DNA of 63,242 bases, the filler included. It is 22 parts of 22 records of this genome, joined end to end, with 100 filler letters (N's around TTAATTAATTAA, not from the genome) between each part and the next. Parts side by side here need not be neighbours in the genome. Positions count along the whole stretch, not along the records: positions 48,578 to 50,699 come from SRR36015645_195224; positions 50,800 to 53,004 come from SRR36015645_195949; positions 53,105 to 55,291 come from SRR36015645_195966; positions 55,392 to 58,814 come from SRR36015645_196447; positions 58,915 to 61,048 come from SRR36015645_197330; positions 61,149 to 63,242 come from SRR36015645_198397; 16 more parts are not named here. One strand, given 5' to 3'. This document shows, one piece after another, positions 50,008 to 61,261 of the stretch. Numbering within the stretch: the first letter of the stretch is position 1; each line of letters begins with the position of its first letter. A model generated the notes under the pieces. That model saw only the letters and a list, made by a program, of their open reading frames with translations. It did no database searches and was not told the DNA's origin. Position numbers and translations under genes: made by a program.

Positions 50008-50799
50008 TGTGGTTTCTGCAAACAGATAAATAAGTAATGGGTGCCCGCATGTTTTAATTAGCCCAAGTTTTGTTTGTTCTGCGTTTTTCTGAATGGATAC
50101 AGACATTGTTCTATTATAAAATAATTACCGCTCCCTACCAACATGATGCAGTGATGTAAGTACCTATTATTATATTATTGTATTGCATAGGCCTATGCTA
50201 TCCTGGTTGCAAACTTCCTGGGAGCTGGAAGCCGGAGTCCACTCCAGCAAAAAAAAACTTTTAGTCAGGGGTGTACATTAAACTACATTTGTGTTTTTTG
50301 TCTACACTCCGGCCCAATAGAATTACATCACTCGCGGCCAGAAGTGTATTTTTCACTAAAAGTTGGCATAAAAATTATTAACGAGCCGGGGTATTCGGAT
50401 TCGAAGTATTATCTTTGCATAGGAACAGGGGCAAAGGTCTACAAAAACTGAATCCGCTCATCTCTAACTTAATCTATTACAGTCCGTCTAATGAAGAATT
50501 ATGGTAACCCGGAATGACAGAGCGTTTATTTTAGGCCAATGCATCTTGTAACTGATTCTCTAGTATATTTTGCCGCCGTAACATAATTTCATGATGAAAA
50601 AGTCTCACTATTTTGTTTTGTTTTCTAAAGTTCGCAGTTACTATGAGTTGTAGGCCTAAGTGTATATTATAGTGGGTGTCACTTACATAGGCCTATGTTN
50701 NNNNNNNNNNNNNNNNNNNNNNNNNNNNNNNNNNNNNNNNNNNTTAATTAATTAANNNNNNNNNNNNNNNNNNNNNNNNNNNNNNNNNNNNNNNNNNNN

Positions 50800-52786
50800 C
50801 TTGAGCGGGAAAAACAAGTATGCTAGAGTGTATTCCCCAGAAATACTAACTACGTGTTTTATTTGGCACATGTACTCTCCAAACCTTTATGAAATATTGC
50901 GGACTGTGTTTGTATTACCGTCAACACGCCTTCTGCGAAAGTATTCTGCGGGGATTAATGTTGATGATGTTAGTGACAGCATTTTGAAATATCTTGCTTT
51001 AAGAACACAGAATTTGACAGTCTACGAAAGAAACTGTTTGTTAATAATAGACGAGATATACGTTACAAAAAAATTGGAATATTCTGCTGGAAAAATTTAT
51101 GGTTTGGCAGATGATAGTGACAACGCTGCAAAAACCGTTGTGTCATTTTTAATACAATCGGTAGCCAGTTCTTATAGGGATATGGTTTCCTTATACCCAG
51201 TAGTGACGCTAAATACCAGACTACTCTATGAGTACACGATTAAGGTGTTGACACTATTAAAACACAGCTCTGTGAACGTTTGTGTGGTAGGAACTAGTGT
51301 AGACAATCACGCTGTTAACCGTGCTTTGTACGTCAAATTAAGTGGACAAGACGCTATAAAAGCTTGTGTGCCTAACCCAGTTTCTCCTGAAGAACCAATT
51401 TTTCTACTGTTCGATGCAGTCCACAATGTAAAGAACGTTTATAATAACTTTCAGAAGAAAAAAGTATTCAACTATCCTTCATTTGATGGACATTCTACAT
51501 CTCAGGATATTGACTGTGTTGCAAACTTTTATCACGTTGTAAGTCTTCAGGAAATTGAAGAAAACAATGCAGCCAAGTTGGCGCCAAAACTAACGAAAAG
51601 GGTTCTTAACCCAGGCAACCTTGAAAGAACAAACACGAAATTATCACTAGCTGTGTTCAGTGAAAGTACCCGAAATGCACTGGAGTATTATAATAAACCA
51701 GGCTACCAAGAAACTGCAAACTTTTTGTCCATAATTTTAAAGTCATGGAACATTATGAATGTGAAAACGCCCGATAAAGGAATACACAAAAAGAATCCAG
51801 ATATGGAACCTGTTACACGCATAAATGATTCAAAACTGATTTGGCTAGAGAAATTTGTGCAATTCTTAATATGCTGGAGAAATCTATTCCCAGCCAAAGG
51901 TCTGACAAAGGAAACCTTCGTGGCTGTGATCCAAACTTGCTCGGCCTTACCCCAGTTAGCCAGGTACCTTCTGACAAAATGTGGTTTCAAATATGTTTTG
52001 TTAGGAAAACTACAAAGTGATCCAATTGAAAGGCGCTTCAGTTGGTATCGCCAACTGTCTGGAGCAAACTACCTAATCTCAGTTCAGCAACTGCTCCATG
52101 GAGAGAAAAAAATACGTATACTGTCGCTTTTAAAGCACACTGGGCTAAATGTTCAGAGTCTCCAGAAAATGGTAGCACTTCAGTCAGAATCCCTGGAGCG
52201 TGGGTGTGACAAAGTACAGGAAGACACATTATGTGAATCTATAGGTGATGAACTTGTAGATGCTAGTGAAATTACGTCAGAAGAAACTGAAGCAGTAAGG
52301 TTCATAGCTGGGTGTATTGCGAAAACAATATCAAATGAGAGGCACTGCGATGATTGCGTGAAAATTCTTAAGAGTAAAAACGCTGTCAAAATATTATCAG
52401 AGGACAATCAGGTGGAGCGTGATTTTGTGACCTTTGTTAGTCGCGGAGGCTTAACACAACCCAGTGAATATACTTTGTGGATTTGTTTAATTGGTTATAT
52501 TGTGTGGCAAAATATTAAGTCGAATCCAAAATTATTGAAAGTGTTCTTAACTGCGTCACATCACAAGTCGTTGTTTGTTGCTGTTGTTGCACGTGCCATA
52601 CAGAATGAACCGTTCATTGACGAGCTGTCGCAAACATCCTGTAGTTTTGGGCACACAAACACAGTTCGTATCCTTGGACATTTATTTAATTACTTTGGAA
52701 AGAATTTCACAAACAGTGCCGTTCGAGATACAGCAACGATGACGCAAATGAAAGCATCAAAACTACAGTCCAAAAAGCCCCAGTAA
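50800..52786 (+). mobile_element. P-element/THAP9-like transposase (5'-truncated), related to the 36170-38975 copy
   Basis: LIIDEIYV, SVDNH, FDAVHNVKNVYNN, LQSDPIERRFSWYRQLSG. Confidence 0.93.
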
Positions 52787-53104
52787 TTGGTAAGTATTTA
52801 AATTCTAAATTGGGATTTATTTTATTAATTATCAGAACATTTATTTTCCTGTATAGGTATTTATACATGTACAAAGTGATTTTATAGGAATATATTTACT
52901 ATTACGTTTAGCTGCGTGCCACTCCTATCGTGTTTACAACACTGTACAGTACAGTACACTCACAGTAGTATCCTCACTGCTGTAGACCAGCTGCGCGGCC
53001 TTCCNNNNNNNNNNNNNNNNNNNNNNNNNNNNNNNNNNNNNNNNNNNNTTAATTAATTAANNNNNNNNNNNNNNNNNNNNNNNNNNNNNNNNNNNNNNNN
53101 NNNN

Positions 53105-53508
53105 AGGGAAGGTGACACCGAGGGATACCCTTGGGACAAAGTCAATTCCGAGTTATGGACCTTTTCAATGGGGCAGGCAGAGTATAGTCTAAACAGGCAG
53201 TACAGAGGTGCAGGTGATAAGGGATACAGGCCATACCGGCCATCTCGGGGGCATTTGGAACCAGAGGCCGAGGGGGGAATTTTCGTGGCAGGTGGCAGCC
53301 TGGGCCATGTTTCCAATTTTCCAAGAGGGGGACATGCAGTTTTGGTGAACGATGTAGATTTCGACACGATCGGGCATACAATACACAGCCAACAAACAAT
53401 ACCAGCAGGCCAAGAACAGCACAAAATACCACCAATAGCACGAACCGTATCATGCCCACAACAGTTCCCAAATATGCAAACAACACCAATCAAGGTACCA
53501 GTAAGTAG
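53105..53508 (+). mobile_element. Ngaro-like gag C-terminus with CCCH finger; internal 1-nt frameshift between 53221 and 53280
   Basis: PWDKVNSELW is in the RT frame. GGNFRGRWQPGPCFQFSKRGTCSFGERCRFRH...SK* (TAG 53506-53508) is in the frame -1 to RT. Confidence 0.8.
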
Positions 53509-55234
53509 GCCAAGGGGCTATTTGCAAACATACAATGAGCACACCAGTGCCATAATCTTAAGTAGCAAACAAATAGCACAACCTGCCAAGCAACAGTACA
53601 AAAAACAACCAGTAGCAAGTGTGGCATCAACTTCGCAGCAACATTCGAGTACACTACCAACACCAATCAAGGTAGATACACTTGGTGCATATTTACAAGG
53701 CTATAATGAGCATGATAAAACTGAATTATTGCAAAACATGCAATTTGGCTTCCGTTTGAAATTTCAAGGTCATCACAAAGGTATGTTAGCACAGAACTTG
53801 AAATCTGCATTACAACACCCAGACATATTAACAAAAAAGATAGGTGACGAGTTGTCTCGCGGCAGGATAGCCGGCCCTTTTGATAATATGCCTATGACAC
53901 CATTCGTGGTGAGTCCAGTGGGGTTAGTTGAAAAACACACACCTGGTGAATACAGGATGATACAACATTTGTCATTTCCAGTGGACGGCGACTCGGTAAA
54001 TGCTGGTATCCCTCGGGAATTTTGTACGATTAGCTATGCAACCATTGATGATGCAGTATTTCAAATATTCAGATTTGGTAGGGGTGCTAAAATGGCCAAG
54101 ACCGACATAGAATCCGCGTTTCGTTTATTACCAATACACCCCAAGGATTATTATTTACTCGGTTTTTCACACCAAGGTAAATTTTTTTACGATAAGACTA
54201 TGCCAATGGGATCCAGCATATCATGTCGTGCTTTTGAAAGTTTGAGCACTGCACTTGAATGGGTAGCAAAAAATAAGTTAAAAGTTGCATCAATCGTACA
54301 TGTTTTGGATGATTTTTTACTTATTGGTCCATCTGGTAATGACAAATGCCACAAGGATTTGCAGGCGCTTTTGACATTTTTTTCGACTGTTGGAATTCCA
54401 GTGGCTGATAAGAAAACAGTAGGTCCTACAACTGAAATAACATTTTTGGGAATCGTTTTAGATTCAGTCGCCTTAGAGGCAAGACTTCCACTGGATAAGT
54501 TGCAAAAATGTAAAAACTTGATAAGTGGTCTATTAAGTCGCAAAAGAGTCACATTGCAGGAGTTACAATCAATAGCAGGCCTCCTTAACTTCTGTTGTAG
54601 CGTAGTAGTGCCAGGTAGGGCATTTCTACGTAGATTGTATGGGGCGATGGCTGGGGTAACCAAAGCGCACCATCACATTAGATTGACAAATGAAATTAAG
54701 GAGGATCTGATTATGTGGCAGACATTCTTAGATATGCATAATGGGAAGTCTATGTTTTTATCACAACAGTGGGTGTGGGCTTCCGCTTTGCACTTGTACA
54801 CAGACGCCGCCGGTTCCTTGGGATTCGGCGGAATTTTAGGGACGAGTTGGTTTGTTGGGCAATGGCCAGATAGCTGGAAAACTTTGAACATAACATTGCT
54901 AGAGTTCTATCCTATATTTGTAGCGGTGCATATCTGGGGGGCTATACTCACCAATAAATGCATAATTTTGCACACGGATAATTTGGCTCTCGTATCAATA
55001 ATAAACAAGCAATCTTCCCGGGAAAAATTGGTAATGAAAATGATGAGAATGTTCGTTTTAAGCTGCCTCAAAAATAATGTGTGCTTTAGAGCAGAATTTA
55101 TCCGTGGCTCCACAAATGTGTTATCGGATGCTATTTCTCGATTTCAGTTCGATCGTTTCCGGAAATTGGCACCATGGGCAGATCAGGCACCACAGGAAAT
55201 CCCAAAAGGACTGAGGCCAGTAGATATTTTCTAG
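53168..55234 (+). mobile_element. Ngaro-like RT + RNase H (no methyltransferase domain)
   Basis: LPTPIKV, GRIAGPF, AKTDIESAFR, HVLDDF; RNase H TDAAG, LEFYPI, TDN, SDAISR. Closely similar to the RT at 28837-30066. Confidence 0.93.
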
Positions 55235-55291
55235 TTGCCAAAAAACTGCTTCAAAGATCCACCGAACATTCATCCAAGCAGACATACAAAC
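55174..55291 (+). mobile_element. Probable start of the tyrosine recombinase ORF overlapping the RT-RH end (-1 frame)
   Basis: GCACCATGG context. Translation ..AKKLLQRSTEHSSKQTYK resembles YR N-terminal LL..S...S...Y and is in the expected position. Confidence 0.5.
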
Positions 55292-55391
55292 NNNNNNNNN
55301 NNNNNNNNNNNNNNNNNNNNNNNNNNNNNNNNNNNTTAATTAATTAANNNNNNNNNNNNNNNNNNNNNNNNNNNNNNNNNNNNNNNNNNNN

Positions 55392-58300
55392 CATTGAAAA
55401 GGGCTCAAAATACGGGGAAAACAGCAAAAACTTAAAACACTTTCAAAAGATATTCACAAACAATATAATGCATTACTTTTGGAAAACAATGCAGATTACC
55501 TTGAAGATGATATGGTGGGTGATTTTACGATTCAGCATTTGCAAAAAAAAATAACGATGCATTTCGGTGACCAGATCAGTTTTGGAACCAACCAAAATAA
55601 AACATTTGTGTACAAGAGTTCAATGAGCGGAGAACGTGCTGCGGGAGATGTGCTTCAAGCACAAAAATATGAATCTGCAAAAGCCCGCGATGTGGCATTT
55701 CAGCTTCGGAATGCCATACTCAAATGTACTAGAAAGCCCATTGATAAAAATCTAACTGTCGCTGATATTTTCCGAGGTGAATCAGAAACTCCGGCTTTTC
55801 TGAGCGAGTTTTTGACCCATTTAGTTGCTGGCCCAGATCCAAGGCGTGGAAACACAGAGAGTAATGCCCGTAGGATTTCGTCGTTTGCACAAGACTTAAT
55901 GTATGCTGTAACTAACGGAAATGTGAAGCCAGCGAAGCATCTTCAGCTAGGGCTAGCGATGAAATCGATAACTGGAAGTAAGCAGGCAGTAACTATTCTC
56001 AATCGCCTTGGACACTGTGTCAACTACAATTGTGTCGAGGAATTGGAAACCGAACTCACGTACTCGGCTATGAAAAATGCACGCAATCTTCCAGAAGGGC
56101 TTATACCATTACCTGATCTGGCTACTGGAGTAGCATGGGACAATTATGATTGCTTTGTTGACACCATTGATGGAAAAGGAACCCTGCACGACACAGTAGG
56201 TATTTGTTACCAAAATGTTACCGACGAACAAATCACCTCTGAAGATATGCCATGTCAAGCAACTGGAAGTAGCGCAAAACCGAAAGATATGCGAAGGACA
56301 ATTATTGTTTCTGATGTAGAGATAGAGCCATTCCGAAAACGTCCAAAATTAACGTGCACGAGCTTTTTGCCACTAAGTGATGATCGTCGCAATAACCTAC
56401 CCGAGAATATTGGAAAGTACAATGCCCTTGACACGCTGTGGATGATCACACTATCAGTAGCACCAACGGAGACCCCAATGTGGACAGGATGGAACTCCAA
56501 AGTACTTGAGGACAAACTACCAAGACAAAAACTATGTTATCTTCCACAAATCAACTTGTCTCCAACATCTAACCATGTCGTTGCCGAGACATTGAGAAGA
56601 TCCCTGTCCATAGCCACTGAATGTGCTCAGCCATACATGATCGTTACGTATGATTTGGCTATTGCAAAAATGGCTTTGAAAATACAAGTTGAAGAGAGTC
56701 CAAGATATGACAAGTTATTCATTATGATAGGGGGATTCCACATTTGCATGGCTTACTTCAAGGCTGTGGGAAAGTATCTGGAAGGATCTGGTGGCACTCA
56801 CATTCTTTCTGAAGCTGGAGCTTTGGCTGAGGGATCAATGAATGGATTTTTGTCTGGTAAACACTTCAACCGGTGCAAAAGAATTCACCCTCTATTAGCT
56901 GTGGCTATGGAACTGCTGCATTTCAATAAGTTTCTATCAGTATATGAATGTGAACTTTCAGATGAAGATATTGACTGCATCTGCCATTTGACATCAACAC
57001 CTTCAACATTCGATGTCGATGATTTAAATGACAACGTTCGGAACCTGTTGAAGTCATACCAGGAATTTTCTAAAGAAACGGAAAGTGGACAACATGGGAA
57101 AACACCACAATATTGGTTCGGCTACATCAAGCTCTTGCATCTATACTACAAGATGTCTCGAAGTATTCATACCGGCAACCATGTCTTGTTCGCATACAGC
57201 ATTGGGGAAATGTCCAGCATTTTCTTCAAGGTCAATCAACCAAATTATGCAAGGTGGCTTTTGCAGTTGCAGGATAATTTGCTACGGATGGAAGACACTC
57301 ATCCTGGTATCACGAGCCAATTTGATCAGGGCGTTCTCTCGATACGGCCTACATCAAAACACTTCTCAAGAACAGCTATGGATATGACATTAGAGCAGAC
57401 AATCAACGCGGATGCGGCGAGCAAGCTAACTGGGATAACGGCTTTTACCAATTCAATCGCAGCAAGGCAACGATGGGCAATAAGTCACTTTATGCGGACA
57501 TCAATAATCAGTCACCTGTATGAGGAAATTGGTTTGATCAAGCAAGAAGACGTCACTCGTGAAGTGAAACCTGCAAGTATGAGAAAGAGTCAAGAACAGC
57601 TGTCGAATATAATGCAATGTGTTGAGAAAGCCCTTGATCCTTTTCAGAGTGGAATTGAGCCGTCGCAGTTATTCAACATAGCTTCTGGAAAGGCTGCTTC
57701 AAGTGAAACAACGAAATTTCTTCTTGAAATTTTTGAAAATGGAGCTAAAGAGAAAACCAAATTTATTGAAGAATGCCATGATGATCCACCGCGCTTCAAC
57801 AGACCAATAAAGCGCTGCACTATTGCCAACTTTGCTGCAGAATGTTCCAAAGTCAGAAGAAAAGCAAACGGCAAAATCATAGAAGCACGGATGGAAAGAG
57901 ATTTAATGGGTCGGCTGCTGTGTCTGTCTCTGGAGAATAAGATTGACCTACAGCTCGTCTTCTCTTACCCATTGACACCTGTACCACTGTCTCTTTGCCA
58001 CATGGACGAGACAATGTTATCAACCGAAAAATCAGTGTTAATGAGAAAGCTGGAAAAGAAGATAGACAGCTACGGCCCAGAAGAAATTAACCACGTAGTT
58101 ATAGATGGCATGTTTTTCCTGCATATTCTAGGAGACCTACCGGCAACGTTTGAAGGTGTGGCACGCCATATCCTGATTAAACTGTGCAACTTCAGAGCCA
58201 CGTACATTCACATAAATTTTGACAGATCTATAAAACCATCAATTAAGGACGTTACGCGTGATATGAGATGTCAGGGTACACCATCTCGAGACCAACACTA

Positions 58301-58814
58301 TGTCATTGCAGGCGGTGAAATGCGACGACCAAACGACTTCACTGGCACACTTCGAAATGACAGCTTTAAAGCAGAACTTGTAAAGTTTTTGATTAACTCG
58401 TGGAAGTCGAATGAATTCACTTCTGTTCTAGGACACCGAGTACTGTTTGCCACACTTGATGATGAATGCTACTCATACAGGGCCGAGGATGGCATGATGA
58501 AATTCCAAATAGAGGAGCATCTGGCTTGCACCCACGAGGAAGCGGACACACGGATGATTTTCCATATCGCTAATGCTTGCCATCAGCCGTGTAATGTCGT
58601 GGTTAGGTCAAATGACACAGACGTTCTGGTGATCCTTCTAGGGAATATAGCCAAAATTGATTCAAACGTGGCTATATGGATGGAAGCTGGCATTCAGTCA
58701 AAGAACACCCTGCGCTACATAGATATAAGAAAGTTAGCCACAGAGCTTGGTCAAAACCTGTGCAATTCTCTGCCAGGTTTCCACAGTTTTACCGGTTGTG
58801 ACTATTCAGCCGCA
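55392..58814 (+). mobile_element. Academ transposon protein (transposase + XPG/PIN-like), partial at both ends
   Basis: AWDNYD..G.GTLHDT, TYDLAIAK, IGGFH, DMTLEQTIN, IDG, HEEADTRM, SNDTDVLV, FTGCD. Confidence 0.8.
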
Positions 58815-59446
58815 NNNNNNNNNNNNNNNNNNNNNNNNNNNNNNNNNNNNNNNNNNNNTTAATTAATTAANNNNNNNNNNNNNNNNNNNNNNNNNNNNNN
58901 NNNNNNNNNNNNNNGATGTATGTGATATTGGAATTGTCCTGCTACGGGTCGCGTTCAGTTTCAATGGACAACAAATTGTAAAGATAACAGATACATTACA
59001 TGTGTGTGCATAACTACGCCACACAAACTAGCTTGTAGGAAAATCAACCTTCAGATTTACAGGCAGTTGCTTATCCCATGTTTTGATAACCGCAGTAACC
59101 GTACGTATACTCATAGTTTTATAATTTTCTGAAGACAAAATTATCTAGTTATCGTCTGGTGGCCGTAAAAAATAAATGATTGTAGGCGGCATACTAAATG
59201 CAGATATTCAACAGTTCTGTCATCATAGACTTGATAGTTACCAATATCAGCATCATTGTTGGTTCCAAATTTAATGACATTATGAACATTGCCTACAATC
59301 CCTGTTCTATACCAACTTAACTCTAATATTCACATTGCTCATCAGTTTCCTTGTTTCTCCTTCATATCGAGTCTTTTGCTGATGCTGTAATATTTCCCGA
59401 TGTCTAAAAATTTGAACAATTGTCAAAATTGTTTTTCTTTTTCTAG

Positions 59447-60856
59447 GTACGGATCATTTTGTTCTCGAATCTTCAGAAGCCACCCATGTTTCTCTCTACT
59501 CTGAGTGTAAAATTCAGCGGTCGAGTCAGAGTCGGAACGATTTCTACTCGGTCTGCATTTGGTAACAGCACGCTACATTCGTTAAACTTAACAAAGCAAC
59601 CAACCTATTGGGTGACAACGAGCGAGAAAAATTTTACCTTTGGCGAGAAAAGTAGCGAGTATTTAAACTATCGAACAATGGACTTTCTCCTCAAATTTCT
59701 ATATCCGGAACAGAACGACCTTTTTGTTCTGAGCCTAGCCATCGTTAACCTCTTTTGTTGCATTGAGTTTTTTCTCCGACAGACTTCCTTTCTCCGCAGG
59801 ATAAGTAAATTCATTCTGTCGCTGATCAAACTGAATTTGATTGTTATTCTACTTTGGTTACCAATCGTTGCCGTTTTCCAATTCTCATGCATGGGTAAGG
59901 TGTGCGAGTACTTAATAAGCATGCTGCGCTACTCATCAGGCCATATGTGGGCAGGTTCCATACTAAAGTATTCTCGATTTTTCTCGACCAATATATGTCT
60001 TGTGGGTGCATTGTTCTTTTTATACGGAGCCGCCATTTCGTACCTCAACAAGCGCTACCAACTGGTGAAAGACAACGAAGAAGATTCAGACCTTCTGACG
60101 TGGTTGACACAAACGTATTCTCCTTATTTGTTTCGGCCCAGAATCCAAAGCATAACTCGACCGCGCGATAGCGACCTTGAAGCTGGGGTGGAGTTGTTGA
60201 TTGAGCGGCTTGCTGTACCCAATCTTTGGCTGCAAACCAACGTCATACCGTATGAGTATATACATGATTTACCGACATGGCGATACAGCAGGAAGGAAGA
60301 AAGCACAGACAAGGAAACCAGCGGCAGTGAAATGGAACATGAAAAGCAATCCGATGTGGAATGTCACGTGTCATGTCCAGGTTTGTTAAACAAGAGCTCC
60401 TGCCAGTCATGTAGTACGCCAAATAGAGATCTTGAAAATGTTACGTTGAGCATTCCAATGTGCAAAACGCCAGAAAAAAGAAGCTTACCAATCGACGATG
60501 CTGGAAAACCCTGTAAGAATTGTTCTAGTCCAGAGTTGCCATCAGGTGGAAGCCGGTCCTCGAAAATTAGAGAGACCACCTCTCCTCGAAAGCAGAGCTC
60601 GTTGCCAAAAAGTCACGGAACGTCACGACACAAGAGTCCGAACCGAGACAGTGTGCCACATGGCATGAGAGAGAGCACGGAATGTGCCATTTGTCTGGAT
60701 GCATACGAAAACGGCGTTATCCTCTGTGGTCTGCCATGTGGCCACGCCTTCCATCAACCATGCATTATGGGATGGTTGACCAGGGATAATCACTGTTGTC
60801 CGGTATGTCGCTGGGCGTCTTACAAACCAAAGAAATTCCACCTCCATAACGAGTGA
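59447..60856 (+). CDS. RNF103: RNF103 (KF-1)-like ER E3 ubiquitin ligase, large terminal exon (TM segments + RING-H2)
   Basis: Acceptor tttttctttttctag ending 59446. VRIILFSNLQKPPMFLSTLSVKFSGRV; LIERLAVPNLWL; CAICL..LPCGHAFHQPC..W...HCCPVCRWASYK. Confidence 0.88.
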   Translation, partial: VRIILFSNLQKPPMFLSTLSVKFSGRVRVGTISTRSAFGNSTLHSLNLTKQPTYWVTTSEKNFTFGEKSSEYLNYRTMDFLLKFLYPEQNDLFVLSLAIVNLFCCIEFFLRQTSFLRRISKFILSLIKLNLIVILLWLPIVAVFQFSCMGKVCEYLISMLRYSSGHMWAGSILKYSRFFSTNICLVGALFFLYGAAISYLNKRYQLVKDNEEDSDLLTWLTQTYSPYLFRPRIQSITRPRDSDLEAGVELLIERLAVPNLWLQTNVIPYEYIHDLPTWRYSRKEESTDKETSGSEMEHEKQSDVECHVSCPGLLNKSSCQSCSTPNRDLENVTLSIPMCKTPEKRSLPIDDAGKPCKNCSSPELPSGGSRSSKIRETTSPRKQSSLPKSHGTSRHKSPNRDSVPHGMRESTECAICLDAYENGVILCGLPCGHAFHQPCIMGWLTRDNHCCPVCRWASYKPKKFHLHNE

Positions 60857-61261
60857 AATGTTTATTTTTGACTGTGTGGAGGGGTAATGTGCCAATATTC
60901 GATCTCCCTCTAAGATTAAGATATTTGCCTCTAAAATTTCTGCTTTATTTTAAATCTGTTCCAATTTCCAGTAAGAATTGTTTGTATCTTCGTTATTTTG
61001 TGGTTTCTGATATCTTCTCATGGACCGGGAGCTAGCGCCGATTTAATCNNNNNNNNNNNNNNNNNNNNNNNNNNNNNNNNNNNNNNNNNNNNTTAATTAA
61101 TTAANNNNNNNNNNNNNNNNNNNNNNNNNNNNNNNNNNNNNNNNNNNNATGATGCATTTATTATTTTTGTATATCGGTACCGTCATTATTTTACATCACT
61201 GTACTACTTTGTAGGCCCTTTGCATAGGCTGAACTGATGTGAGCAAGTGTAGGCCTATTAT

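Noticed and set aside
52900-53004. Possible P-element 3' terminal inverted repeat; likewise an Academ end at ~4200-4343
   Set aside because: The matching opposite end is not on the contig, so a TIR cannot be shown.
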